DNA of 64,000 nucleotides from the IMG/VR virus record IMGVR_UViG_3300046517_000866, positions 1 through 64,000 of that record; one strand, given 5' to 3'. How positions within the stretch are numbered: the stretch's first letter is position 1; each line of letters opens with the position of its first letter. Under the pieces are notes generated by a model. It saw nothing but the letters and a program-made list of their open reading frames with translations. It made no database searches and was not told the DNA's origin. The DNA comes from a virus. Made by a program: the position numbers and the translations under genes. Below, one piece after another: positions 6,421 through 16,413 of this stretch.

Positions 6421-7875
6421 CTATTCATCGTCATCTCCATCATACGTCGATTTGTTGTCGTCGTCCTCGCCCGCATGATCGGCAAACTTACTGTAATAAT
6501 CCGATCGGAGCATTGCAGACTGAATGCAGAATTGTCCTGTCGCGTAATTCTGGGTGATCAATACTGAAAACTTGTCCATCTCGCCACGGTTCTTGGAAAC
6601 AAGTAATCTCGCCAATCCATACGCGTGCTCTTGTGCAGTTGCCGAGTAAGTCACGATCATGTCAGCAGTGCCCGTCATCGAAAAATCTTCCGCAATGTGT
6701 GTACCCTCAACTCGCCCTTGCTCATTATCGGCACCCTGCCGATTGACTTGCTGTGCCGTCACACCCGCCGCATTACGCTCGACACAGATTGCCCGAAACT
6801 CTTCAAACACGCGACCCAGCGATAGCCGATGCTGCTTGATATCGGTTTCCATGATACCCATGTAGTCCAGGATTATCATGTCGGGGATGAATTTCTCCGT
6901 CAACTCGAGGCCATCCAAGTAGGCGCGCAATCCCTGAGGGCTCAATCGCCTGGGTGGGAACCTCTTGATTATCAAACCCTCAATCCGGCGTCCGGTATGC
7001 AGCAAATGTGCTTCCAACTCTTCACCAATCAGGCTACTCTCAAATGTAAAGTCCGGAGTTATCGTTTCCGTTCCAAACCCCTCCAACTTGCCGTCATCCT
7101 GATTAAGAGTTGTAACTTCGATGATCTTGTCGGATCGCTTCGGCGCCGCGTATAGAGCCATATAATATCGCAGTGCACACTCTTCCTCGGACATTTCAAG
7201 CGAAATGTGCAGTACACGTTTTCGCAACAGCAATGCCATCTTGCCAATCGTGACCAGCCACCAAGACTTACCAGCGCCGGGGGGTGCCAGCATCAACATG
7301 ACGCCCTGTCGGAACGGTACAAAACTGTTTTGATCCAATTCCGGGATACCCGTCTTGAACTCGTTGTACTGTGTCGCCAAGAAATTCAGGACACGATCGA
7401 TCTCTGTCAATCGCATACCCAATTGGAAGTCAATATCCTGAACCCGAAGTAGATCATTCCAAATTTTCTCAATCTCTGAAATCGCCAGTTCTTGGTCCTT
7501 GTTGATCTGCTCCGCCGATCGAAGGATTGCGTCCTTAAACCGCTGCATTCTCGTAAACGTGCGGACAGACTCGACTATGTACTTCTTGTTGATGGTGGGA
7601 TGCAGCGCCGCCATCTGTGAAATGATACGCTGAAACGTCGGTGCTTTCTTGTTGCCAGGATCATCAATTATTTCAGCGAACAAGTCCGTAGTATGCAGTT
7701 TAGGAGCCTGTTGGTGCCGTTGCCAATACCTGATGCACTGTTCCGCGATATCTCGGTACTCGCCTTCGAACAAGTTGGCATTTACCAACTGCGATATCAG
7801 GCGACCAACCTCGTCATCATACGCCAGCAGTGAAATCAGATTTTCCTGCAACGTCGAGTTGAATTTTTCAGCCAT
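6421..7875 (-). CDS. dnaB: DnaB-like replicative helicase
   Basis: Walker A APPGAGKS, ISLEMS, IILDYM, TAQQVNR, HIAED, KNR. Confidence 0.92.
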   Translation of the reverse strand: MAEKFNSTLQENLISLLAYDDEVGRLISQLVNANLFEGEYRDIAEQCIRYWQRHQQAPKLHTTDLFAEIIDDPGNKKAPTFQRIISQMAALHPTINKKYIVESVRTFTRMQRFKDAILRSAEQINKDQELAISEIEKIWNDLLRVQDIDFQLGMRLTEIDRVLNFLATQYNEFKTGIPELDQNSFVPFRQGVMLMLAPPGAGKSWWLVTIGKMALLLRKRVLHISLEMSEEECALRYYMALYAAPKRSDKIIEVTTLNQDDGKLEGFGTETITPDFTFESSLIGEELEAHLLHTGRRIEGLIIKRFPPRRLSPQGLRAYLDGLELTEKFIPDMIILDYMGIMETDIKQHRLSLGRVFEEFRAICVERNAAGVTAQQVNRQGADNEQGRVEGTHIAEDFSMTGTADMIVTYSATAQEHAYGLARLLVSKNRGEMDKFSVLITQNYATGQFCIQSAMLRSDYYSKFADHAGEDDDNKSTYDGDDDE

Positions 7876-8059
7876 CTATAGGCTCCGGCAATGGTTGCCA
7901 ATGCGTGGGTTGGAAATCATCATTGGACCAGTTCCAACACTCCCTACCGCCACACTCTTTGAATATATCAATACCTACTCTGCAAACACGACTTCCCTTT
8001 GGCCGTGACACCAGCACACGAACACCTTTTGGCGCAGTATCTATTTTGAACCAGGTCAT
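7868..8059 (-). CDS. DUF551-like small phage protein
   Basis: W..IDTAPK...PTHWQPLPEP signature. Confidence 0.75.
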   Translation of the reverse strand: MTWFKIDTAPKGVRVLVSRPKGSRVCRVGIDIFKECGGRECWNWSNDDFQPTHWQPLPEPIDG

Positions 8060-8778
8060 TATGGCAACCCCGCCAACTTATGCATTTGGACTGACAATCG
8101 GTACCCATGCTTCAAACAGGCTGTTGATGCTGCCACCAAATTCTTGTAGTTCTCATGAATGTCCCCAACATCCATTGGTTGCAGATAAATGCAACGCTTG
8201 TTGCGACGAATGGGCCATGGTCTGAATATCCGCTGAGGCTTTCCTCGAATTTGAGTTGACAAAGCAGGTAACCCCTCTTCATCCATAGCGTTAAACTGAA
8301 CTATGTACTTATACGAATGAACATAGGGCTTGATCCCCTCATTCAACTCTGGAGTCTTGGGTGAACAGACGATTTTGTTTGAACCAGCATCGGCGTCGAA
8401 CACCCAAGGTAACTCTTTCAAAAATACCGTTCCTGCCGTCTCGACAGAAACATGCACCCCTTTTGCATTTAGCGCGTCCACAAAAGGAATGACATTTTGC
8501 AGCAGAGGCTCGCCACCTGTAAGTACAACAAGTGAGCATCCATGCTGTTTACATAAATGCAGCACTTCTTCGACCAATCGCCCCATAGGATATGAAACTT
8601 CTCTACTAAAATCCGTGTCACAAAACCAGCATCGCAAATTGCATCTCGCCAATCGAACAAAAACAGCGGGGCACCCAGCGTCAGGCCCCTCACCTTGAAG
8701 TGTGTAAAAGAACTCACTAACCAGCAATTCTGCGCCGTCATCGTTGAACTGACTGGCGACCTCGTTTGTCCCGTACAT
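8059..8778 (-). CDS. queE: 7-carboxy-7-deazaguanine synthase (radical SAM)
   Basis: EFFYTLQGEG, CNLRCWFCDT, LTGGEP, VETAG, CSPK, RLSVQMHK; likely start MYGTNE. Confidence 0.93.
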   Translation of the reverse strand: MYGTNEVASQFNDDGAELLVSEFFYTLQGEGPDAGCPAVFVRLARCNLRCWFCDTDFSREVSYPMGRLVEEVLHLCKQHGCSLVVLTGGEPLLQNVIPFVDALNAKGVHVSVETAGTVFLKELPWVFDADAGSNKIVCSPKTPELNEGIKPYVHSYKYIVQFNAMDEEGLPALSTQIRGKPQRIFRPWPIRRNKRCIYLQPMDVGDIHENYKNLVAASTACLKHGYRLSVQMHKLAGLP

Positions 8779-9265
8779 GCAAAGCCTCTTTTCTGATGAT
8801 CCAAGACAACATACCCGACCGAGCATATCCGGGAAAGGCACGGTTGATAAGCGAAGGAATACGGTAGGCATTGTTCATAATCACAAGCGCTGTGACTGGC
8901 AATCCCCATGACTCGAGCTGCTTGTATAGTAATCGTATACCAAGAGCTAAGACGGCACGCTGGTCAACACGATTTGTGGTTGCAGCATTCAAAAACTGTA
9001 TAATCCCCGGAACCTTCTCGCTGAACTTCTGATACCCCCTATTTTGCCGAAGCATGCTTGGACTGGCAAATTCAACACCCATGTTCCTGAGAGTAACTAC
9101 AATTTCGTCCAGTATTAAATGCTCCTGAGTATCAACCTGCTTTGGTAACTGCCGTGGCTTGCCGGGTCCGAGCATTTTCAAAGTTGTGCAAGCTGCACGC
9201 ACTTGATCCAGCTCACCTTGTGAAAGCTGGACCAACAAGTCCAAAACCTGATTGACAGGACTCAT
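8738..9265 (-). CDS. Hypothetical protein (175 aa)
   Basis: ORF track; operon packing. Confidence 0.7.
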   Translation of the reverse strand: MSPVNQVLDLLVQLSQGELDQVRAACTTLKMLGPGKPRQLPKQVDTQEHLILDEIVVTLRNMGVEFASPSMLRQNRGYQKFSEKVPGIIQFLNAATTNRVDQRAVLALGIRLLYKQLESWGLPVTALVIMNNAYRIPSLINRAFPGYARSGMLSWIIRKEALHVRDKRGRQSVQR

Positions 9266-9720
9266 TTCTGTTGGGTTGCCAGGAATGCAGCAATCCTTTT
9301 CGCCAACAACTCGTCCACAATACTAACAACTACCTGTCTGAGTTCGGCATCGATCCGCTGCCTCAGATATGCATGAACTTGAACTAGTGCGTGTTGAACT
9401 GTCTCCTTTGCAATATTGTGTGCGATTTGTTGGGCGTGGGTGACAACGATCTCACGAGAAACATCAGTCAACAGTTTCATGACAGGAGGCGGAAAACTGT
9501 ACTTTGAGGCAAGGCGTTCATCAATACGCTTCTCGACCATAGTTGCGTACTTTTCAACTTGCTGCCGATTGAACTTCGAAGACAAGCCATCCGCAACCTG
9601 CTTTGTCGCATTTTCCGTGATCTCCGCGATGATATCGGGGTGATCTTCCAACAACTGACGAATTGACACGCCAGAGATATTGATCTTGATCGATCGGGAC
9701 ATTTCCGCATCCTTTGTCAT
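9262..9720 (-). CDS. Hypothetical helical protein
   Basis: ORF track; ATGA overlaps at both ends. Confidence 0.65.
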   Translation of the reverse strand: MTKDAEMSRSIKINISGVSIRQLLEDHPDIIAEITENATKQVADGLSSKFNRQQVEKYATMVEKRIDERLASKYSFPPPVMKLLTDVSREIVVTHAQQIAHNIAKETVQHALVQVHAYLRQRIDAELRQVVVSIVDELLAKRIAAFLATQQK

Positions 9721-10007
9721 GTTGGGTTCTCGTTTACGTAATGAAGGAGGTAACTGTTTCCGGGGCCACGACCTCTTCTGCCCTTTATCACACATACTCC
9801 CTTTCTTTTCTTGTTGAATTTGCGGATCGCGCCACCAATCACTGCACGACCGCTGTCGGGACCCCCATCTGGATCATCGGCATAGACAGCGTCCAAGATT
9901 TCCGACATTGTGATGCCAGGATTGTCACGAACTAGTATGAAAATAGTGTTTTGCAAATGTGAAAGCCTAGTCATCGCAGTCATCGTCATCTCCCCAGTCC
10001 CATTCAT
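9717..10007 (-). CDS. Winged-helix DNA-binding protein
   Basis: NPGITMSEILDAVY..DPDGGP..AVIGGAIRKFNKK resembles an OmpR-type wHTH. Confidence 0.55.
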   Translation of the reverse strand: MNGTGEMTMTAMTRLSHLQNTIFILVRDNPGITMSEILDAVYADDPDGGPDSGRAVIGGAIRKFNKKRKGVCVIKGRRGRGPGNSYLLHYVNENPT

Positions 10008-10287
10008 GTTTTAGAAACTCTTCACTACAGAAACAAGCAGGATCGTCGCATTGTTCATGAGGAAAAGTAACTATGTATGCCCACACGTCAACCAAGTACC
10101 AGACACAACACAATTCGGCATAGTCTGCAACATGTGAAAAACTTATACGCCAACGCTCAGTATCAATTTCAAACTTTCTGGACTGTAAAAACGCAATGAG
10201 ATCATCGGGGTTGGTTCTATCCATCATCTTAGTAACTTCTGGATCAATTCCTATCATAGTAACTGTTCCTTTGCTGTTTCTATCCAA
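9967..10287 (-). CDS. Hypothetical protein with acidic tail
   Basis: ORF track. Confidence 0.55.
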   Translation of the reverse strand: MDRNSKGTVTMIGIDPEVTKMMDRTNPDDLIAFLQSRKFEIDTERWRISFSHVADYAELCCVWYLVDVWAYIVTFPHEQCDDPACFCSEEFLKHEWDWGDDDDCDD

Positions 10288-10680
10288 TCCGATCCTTCAT
10301 ACTCCCATCAAATCCATCCTACCTTGATCCAGTGATTGGGTACGGCAAGCCCCCAGCGAATGAACGCTGGACGCTTGCCATGACGTGCCTTGAACACAGC
10401 GACAGTCATACGGCGTATTCACTTTCGGTTCACATTCAACCGCTCACGTGCCTGAATACTTCAGCCGGCATTTGCTACTTGTGAGATCAACACCCTGTAG
10501 CGTTTGACATGGGCGGGTCGCGGGGGCGCCAATTCCATGAAAGCAGGTGGTTGTGCTAGTGGCAAATTTGCCTTTGTGCTTGTACCTGCAACAAACGACA
10601 TACTAGCAATGATTTCTTAGCTGCAATCGGACTCAAAAAATGTTAAGTATGTGTGAACATGTGATCGGAGATCAAAGGAA

Positions 10681-10968
10681 ATGAAAAGCGCGGCGTTGCA
10701 AAAGGAACTGGACGATTTGTGGTCCTCGCAAGATTTGGTTACTCTATTCAAAGTGAGTGCCATGACACTACACACATGGCGCAAAAGCCATGGGTTGCCT
10801 CACGTTGACATTCGTGGTATGACACGATCGTCAATTCGATTTGTGCCCGATGAAGTTCGTCAGTGGGCAAAGGAACACGGGAAGACCATCCATGAGCAAA
10901 AGATACTCAAACGAGCCAATCGAGTTAGAGTTGATGCTGCACAGGGAAACGCAAGAGGGACAGCGTAA
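10681..10968 (+). CDS. Excisionase/MerR-type HTH DNA-binding protein
   Basis: DLVTLFKVSAMTLHTWRK..GLP...IRF.PDEV.QW; first gene of the divergent rightward operon. Confidence 0.7.
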   Translation: MKSAALQKELDDLWSSQDLVTLFKVSAMTLHTWRKSHGLPHVDIRGMTRSSIRFVPDEVRQWAKEHGKTIHEQKILKRANRVRVDAAQGNARGTA

Positions 10969-11113
10969 CTATGGAGCTCTGTTAGTTTCTTTGACTGAAA
11001 CAACACCAATGGTTTGGCTTCCAAAATCCCAGATCGTGTTTGATGAGTACAAGCCGGAACGTGTCCGCGTCACGTTGCCTAAGTGGCTGGCAATGCGCGA
11101 AGGGCTGATATAG
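10892..11113 (+). CDS. Hypothetical phage protein
   Basis: VWLPKSQI...VTLPKWLA..EGL pattern common in small phage proteins. Confidence 0.7.
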   Translation: MSKRYSNEPIELELMLHRETQEGQRNYGALLVSLTETTPMVWLPKSQIVFDEYKPERVRVTLPKWLAMREGLI

Positions 11114-11119
11114 GACAAA

Positions 11120-11356
11120 ATGTCGAACACATTTGAGCGCATTGCCGAAGCCGGATACTACGTCAACATGTTGACGCAAAGCCGACAACTCACTTGGTAC
11201 TGTGAGTTACGTGGCGAGCGTCTTCCTGGCGAACGTGTCTCTACCTTTTTCATCAAAGGTGAAGGGGAAGGCCCTTATGAGGCCCTCCGCAACACCTTGA
11301 AACTTGCACTCAAAAAAGACCCTGCAGTTGGTAAACGCAAGCCCGTTCGGTTATGA
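11120..11356 (+). CDS. Hypothetical protein
   Basis: ORF track; AGGA RBS. Confidence 0.6.
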   Translation: MSNTFERIAEAGYYVNMLTQSRQLTWYCELRGERLPGERVSTFFIKGEGEGPYEALRNTLKLALKKDPAVGKRKPVRL

Positions 11357-12342
11357 CATTCGATTGGATTAGATTTCTCGAGTCACGCCAAATTCCCCAC
11401 TCATTGTCTGGCGCAAACGTCGCCCGTGGCAATATTGGATTGCATTGCCCATTTTGTGGTGCCCAAGATCGCTCGATGCATTTAGGCATTCATATTGCCA
11501 CAGGTTACTATAATTGCTGGCGTACCAAACAACACAAAGGACGCAATCCAATCCGGTTGATCCAGGCATTGATTGATTGCAACTACGAAACTGCCCGTGA
11601 CATTGTAGGAGGGGCAACCTATATACCCACCGATTTCCTGTCACGAGTTCAAGAGAACTTGGCTAGCCCAGCAACAGCTGACGAGCAGCTAACTCTGGAA
11701 ATGCCACCCGAGTTTAAACGTTTCACAGGAATGCCATCTAGTAAACCCTTTTCCCAATACCTTGACGATCGTGGGTTTGATGAACGTGATACAAAGCACT
11801 TCGATATCCGATACTGTACAAAAGGGCCGTTCAAAGGGCGTATAATTTTTCCAGTAGTGCATCACTACAAACTGGTGTCTTGGACAGGCAGAACGATCTA
11901 CCCCGATCAAAAACTACGTTACCGAGCGCTCACGACAGATAAAGAAAAAGCCGAACGTGACAACTTGAAACCAGCGTTGGGCGCCATCAGTCATTACTTA
12001 CTGTGGCATGATCACCTTGCGAAAGTATATGCTCATACTATTGTCCTGTGTGAAGGGCCATTCGACGCTTGGAAGGTGGACGTGTTAGGGAAAAGGCACG
12101 GTATCTGTGCAACCTGCTTTTTCACTGCGGAGCCTACAGTTCAACAAGTTGGCCTACTGCACCAACTGTTACCTAGGTTCGAACGGCGATGCCTTATGCT
12201 AGATCAGGCAGCAGAAGCCACGACAATGCGAGTAACTCGAAACCTCGCTTCATTGAATGTCGAACCAATTTATTTGCCATCAGGTATAAAGGACCCGGGT
12301 GAAATAAAACGGGAGCGGGAGCTACTCTCCATACTCTCTTGA
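11353..12342 (+). CDS. DNA primase (zinc finger + TOPRIM)
   Basis: CPFCG zinc finger, RIIFP, WTGR, CEGPFD, KDPG. Confidence 0.88.
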   Translation: MTFDWIRFLESRQIPHSLSGANVARGNIGLHCPFCGAQDRSMHLGIHIATGYYNCWRTKQHKGRNPIRLIQALIDCNYETARDIVGGATYIPTDFLSRVQENLASPATADEQLTLEMPPEFKRFTGMPSSKPFSQYLDDRGFDERDTKHFDIRYCTKGPFKGRIIFPVVHHYKLVSWTGRTIYPDQKLRYRALTTDKEKAERDNLKPALGAISHYLLWHDHLAKVYAHTIVLCEGPFDAWKVDVLGKRHGICATCFFTAEPTVQQVGLLHQLLPRFERRCLMLDQAAEATTMRVTRNLASLNVEPIYLPSGIKDPGEIKRERELLSILS

Positions 12343-12368
12343 CATTATTAAGGCGAACAACATATGAT
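12339..12368 (+). promoter_or_regulatory. Sigma70-type promoter
   Basis: TTGACA-N18-TATGAT, followed by a ~170-nt structured leader. Confidence 0.65.
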
Positions 12369-12542
12369 TGATGTGTGTCGGGAAGCCGACACATGCCCGA
12401 GCTGGACGGGCTTGTCTCTCTCTAAGCGAACGGAGTTGGGGGCCCCTTTCCATGCAGCCCCCGCCGATACTATCAGTTGTGTGCGTGCCTATGTGCGATG
12501 CCCTAGTCATCGCACTAAATTTTTGCGCATGGGAGGGACTAA

Positions 12543-13103
12543 ATGGAAATGGACAAAGGTGCTAAAGGATGGATGTACCGTACCGCCAAAAAACACCACT
12601 GGCGGGTTTTTACCTGGATGGACTTCGAAGACATGATCCAGGAAGGCTACATCGCATGGTATCGAGTCGCTCAAAAGTATCCGCACATAACACAAAGAGC
12701 GCATATCATGCGCTTGTTCCAGATTACCTACTTGAACAGGTTCAACGACCTGTCTAAGTGGCGAACACGGTTACCGGAATTTCTTGCGTGTGACATCAAC
12801 GTAACCCATGGTCGTCGCGGATTAGGGCCAGTAACAACGGAGTTGGAAATCTTTGACTTGTTGCTGGCTGCCGATCTCGAGTTGGGTACAATCCAAACAA
12901 TGTTCGCAGCCGCTCCCGCACCAGTAAAAGCAGCAGTAAAGCTTTTTTCGTGTCCGATTGGCTGTAAAAAACTCAGAGCGCTGTATAGGCGCCGTGTAGG
13001 GGGTTCAAGAGAAACTTTCAATCAGCGTCTTTGTCGCTTGACAGGATACGATCCCAACCAAGTTGACATTCCTGGACTGATGCTGCAACACTTCTCGTCT
13101 TAA
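12543..13103 (+). CDS. Phage sigma-factor-like protein (sigma70 region 2)
   Basis: DFEDMIQEGYIAW...F..YLNRFNDL pattern. Confidence 0.6.
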   Translation: MEMDKGAKGWMYRTAKKHHWRVFTWMDFEDMIQEGYIAWYRVAQKYPHITQRAHIMRLFQITYLNRFNDLSKWRTRLPEFLACDINVTHGRRGLGPVTTELEIFDLLLAADLELGTIQTMFAAAPAPVKAAVKLFSCPIGCKKLRALYRRRVGGSRETFNQRLCRLTGYDPNQVDIPGLMLQHFSS

Positions 13104-13124
13104 TCCCAAAACAACGGAGTATGC

Positions 13125-13520
13125 ATGAATAGGTACGCGATGATCACTCGACGTTACCATTTCGAGGCCGCACACGATCTACCAATGGTCCCGGATGGTC
13201 ACAAATGCAAAAGACTACACGGGCACAACTACGTGGTGGAGTTGTCCCTCACAGGTCCAATCAACGATGACGGGTTCGTCATTGATTTCTGGGAGTTGGA
13301 CGATATCATGAAGCCTCTTCTCTCAATTGTGGACCACACGTACCTCAATGGCCACGCGGATTTAGAAAATCCGACAGCGGAAAACATCGCCCTTTGGTTT
13401 GCTGGTTGGTTTGTACACGGAAAGGGCAGTACTTGTGCGCGCCTAGCGAAAAGAGAGTGCACTGTCACCAAGATTACAGTGTTCGAAACGCCGGAGTGTT
13501 CCGCAACCTACTACCTCTAA
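13125..13520 (+). CDS. queD: 6-carboxy-5,6,7,8-tetrahydropterin synthase
   Basis: FEAAH, CKRLHGHNY, VIDF, DHTYLN, NPTAENIA, ETP. Confidence 0.95.
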   Translation: MNRYAMITRRYHFEAAHDLPMVPDGHKCKRLHGHNYVVELSLTGPINDDGFVIDFWELDDIMKPLLSIVDHTYLNGHADLENPTAENIALWFAGWFVHGKGSTCARLAKRECTVTKITVFETPECSATYYL

Positions 13521-13584
13521 ACCCCTCCAAAATAAATGCGTATGTAATGACACATGCGTATTGCAATCGTGAGAAAGAACTGGC

Positions 13585-14205
13585 ATGACACATATCGTCG
13601 AAGTTGAGCTGCAAAAGGCAGTTAAGGTTAAGCAGAAATCCGGGGAAGAACGCCAATCTTACCTGGAGAGGCTTGTCCTAGCAGCCAACAAGATACCCGA
13701 GGATGAGTGGGAGATCCTTTCAACCGCGGCGCAAAAGTGGGTAGTTGCTGGCGCCGACGCATTGAATGAGGAAACCAGCATCACGGATTTCGAAGGTGGC
13801 AATACCGCCACAGCGCAAGACGAGGATACTACAATGGCACGCACTGCCGAAGACACGCAAGACGAACGCCCGAACAAGAAAAAGAAAGCCACACCGGCTG
13901 CGCCGAAGGAAAAGAGCGCCAAAGCGGAGAAGTCCAAGGCGCCTGAAAAGTCCAAGGCACCGGAGAAGACCGAAAAGGCGGCAAAGCCCGCCAAGGTTTC
14001 CGCCGCTCCCAAAGAGGACGGTATCAAGGTTCGCATCAAGAAGTTGGTAATCAAGAAGCCCAGCATTTCGGCCGCGGAAATTGTCGAAGCTCTTTCCAAG
14101 AACGGCGAGACCCCCTCGGCTCTCACAGTTGCCAGCATTCGCGCTGAGTTCCGACATTCGTTGCATGTTCTCAAAATGTGCAACTGGCCTCAGGTCGATA
14201 TCTAG
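13585..14205 (+). CDS. Lys/Ala/Pro-rich (H1-like) DNA-binding protein with C-terminal HTH
   Basis: KSKAPEK repeats; PSISAAEIVEALSKNG..PSALTVASIR. Confidence 0.55.
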   Translation: MTHIVEVELQKAVKVKQKSGEERQSYLERLVLAANKIPEDEWEILSTAAQKWVVAGADALNEETSITDFEGGNTATAQDEDTTMARTAEDTQDERPNKKKKATPAAPKEKSAKAEKSKAPEKSKAPEKTEKAAKPAKVSAAPKEDGIKVRIKKLVIKKPSISAAEIVEALSKNGETPSALTVASIRAEFRHSLHVLKMCNWPQVDI

Positions 14206-14230
14206 TTTCTACCGAGTCCTCCCCAACTTG

Positions 14231-14262
14231 GCGGGCCCCCGATCAAAGGGGCCCGTTCTTTC
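14231..14262 (+). terminator. Rho-independent terminator
   Basis: CGGGCCCC...GGGGCCCG hairpin followed by TTCTTT. Confidence 0.55.
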
Positions 14263-14294
14263 GTATGTAATAGAAAGAAAGGGGAAACTACTTC

Positions 14295-15020
14295 ATGACA
14301 AACCTTAAACTCTGGGTGGCGCGTTTTGGTGACACATCAAAACCAGCAATCGTGTTGCTGTCGGGCGGAATGGACTCCACAGTAGCCTTATACTGGGCAA
14401 AAGCCACATTTCCAAGCGTTCGTGCCCTATTCGTTGACTATGGGCAGATATCAGTGAACACTGAGTGGAAGTGTACTCAAAATATTGCACGGCTCGCAGA
14501 CACTGACGTATTTTTCGCTCGGTTCCCTGTGTTCATTTCGCCCAGTTCGATCATAGGAGTTACACCTATCGCCCATTACGCAAACGTACAAGAGGCAATG
14601 GATGATACAGCCAACGATCCATCATATGTGCCCCTGCGCAATGCCGTTTTCACAACAGTTGCAGCACATCATCTACTTGTGCGATCACCCAAGGGGGGCT
14701 CTGTTGTCCTTGGCGTTCGCTCTCGCGCGGACGGCGACACAGAGTATGCGGGATTTCCCGATTGTTCCACACAGTTCTGCACTCGCATAGGACAAGCACT
14801 TTCGATCGCAGCAAACGCTGTAGTTGACGTGCTTGATCCTCTCAATCATTTTGCGCCTACTCGTGGCAAAACCGTACAGATGGCGAGAGAAGTGGGAGCT
14901 TTCGAAGCACTCCGCTTTACGCACTCATGCTTCCATGCCAAACGGTGTGGAAAATGCCTTCCTTGCTTGCGCCGCGCCCAAGCATTCGCGGAAGTAGGAT
15001 TAGACGATCCAGCAATGTGA
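14295..15020 (+). CDS. queC: 7-cyano-7-deazaguanine (preQ0) synthase
   Basis: LLSGGMDS, DYGQ, YVPLRN, FPDC, SC...CGKCLPC. Confidence 0.93.
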   Translation: MTNLKLWVARFGDTSKPAIVLLSGGMDSTVALYWAKATFPSVRALFVDYGQISVNTEWKCTQNIARLADTDVFFARFPVFISPSSIIGVTPIAHYANVQEAMDDTANDPSYVPLRNAVFTTVAAHHLLVRSPKGGSVVLGVRSRADGDTEYAGFPDCSTQFCTRIGQALSIAANAVVDVLDPLNHFAPTRGKTVQMAREVGAFEALRFTHSCFHAKRCGKCLPCLRRAQAFAEVGLDDPAM

Positions 15021-15119
15021 GGTTGAAATGACATGGACGGCGACAGCGGTAAAAACTGCCCATGCTTTACAAGAATTGTGATAAGAGTTGGTGGTTCTAA
15101 AAAACAGAGGTAACTCTCT

Positions 15120-16409
15120 ATGACAAAGGCTTATTACCGCTCATTTTCCGATAACCTGCCTAAGGTATGGAGCGCTCACGGTCCATGGGTATTCCTTTCC
15201 GATCGGCGGGCTCGTGTCCTAGACATGTCTGGAAGTGCCTGCTTTGCAAGTCTAGGATATAGTAACGAATACGTAATACGAGCAATCAAGGAACAATTAG
15301 AAGCCATACCCCACGCTTTTGCAGGACTGGGAACTTCCGACGCAGCAGAAAAAGCGGCCGACCTGATTTCACGTCCCTTAGAAAAAGCAAACCCCGGATG
15401 GTTTGGCAAATGCTTGTTCCAGCAAGGTGGCGGCGAAACTGTTGATCTAGCGTGCAAGCTGGCCGCGCAGTATCATTTGGAAAAAGAACAGAACCATCGC
15501 CAACGCTTTGCTGCATTAGAGTTCAGTTACCACGGGGTAGGATTATTACCGTTCTCATTGTCTGGAGGTTACCCCCGATATGCGTTGATCGATCCATACC
15601 ATGGCGTCACTAACAATTGTGTCAGTAGACTAGCACACCCTATTATAAGCAATACCCAAGACAGGACAAAAGAAATCATTTACTCCGAAAAACTTGCTGC
15701 TGTCATCATCGAGCCCATTGGAGGACCCCCGCTTGGTGCTTGCCCCCTTCCCGGGTGGTATGTTAAGAAGCTACGCCAACTTTGTGATGATACAGACACA
15801 CTTTTGATATTTGACGAGATACTATGTGGCGCAGGACGTTGCGGGTACATGTCAATGGCGGAGTACTATGACGTTTGGCCCGACATTCTCTTACTGGGAA
15901 AAGGGCTGACCTCAGGCTATCAACCCATGTCCGCAATCGTTGTTTCCAAGAAGGTATGTGACAGGATCAAGCAGGGTTCAGGAACAATCATGTTCGGCAC
16001 CTGCTATGCCAATCACACAACAGGTTGCGCCGCTGTCGCAGCAACACTTGAATACTGCTACCAACACGCGTTGTTCGAAGTCGTCAGGCAAAATGGTGAG
16101 TTCATCCATAAACTTCTGTCCCAAGCATTTCAGCAACCAAAATTTCAAATCAGAGGTCGCGGTCACTTATGGGGAATTGAGTTACGCCATCCAGACGCAA
16201 CGTATTTTCAGCCGTCTACACAGTTCCACATGAAAGCACGCAAGGCCATTCTCGACGCTGGCGCGATTGTATACTCCAAAGGACAAACAGTAAATGGAAA
16301 GGGTGACTTCATCACGCTGGCGCCAATGTATGAAATGACTCATGCAGTGATGGAGATGGGAGTTGAAATAATCGCGGAAGGTCTCAAAAACGCCTATCAG
16401 GGAGTTTAG
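15120..16409 (+). CDS. Class III PLP-dependent aminotransferase
   Basis: SYHG, IIEPIGG, LIFDEILCGAGRCG, PDILLLGKGLTSGY (PLP lysine), IRGRG. Confidence 0.92.
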   Translation: MTKAYYRSFSDNLPKVWSAHGPWVFLSDRRARVLDMSGSACFASLGYSNEYVIRAIKEQLEAIPHAFAGLGTSDAAEKAADLISRPLEKANPGWFGKCLFQQGGGETVDLACKLAAQYHLEKEQNHRQRFAALEFSYHGVGLLPFSLSGGYPRYALIDPYHGVTNNCVSRLAHPIISNTQDRTKEIIYSEKLAAVIIEPIGGPPLGACPLPGWYVKKLRQLCDDTDTLLIFDEILCGAGRCGYMSMAEYYDVWPDILLLGKGLTSGYQPMSAIVVSKKVCDRIKQGSGTIMFGTCYANHTTGCAAVAATLEYCYQHALFEVVRQNGEFIHKLLSQAFQQPKFQIRGRGHLWGIELRHPDATYFQPSTQFHMKARKAILDAGAIVYSKGQTVNGKGDFITLAPMYEMTHAVMEMGVEIIAEGLKNAYQGV

Positions 16410-16413
16410 ACAA

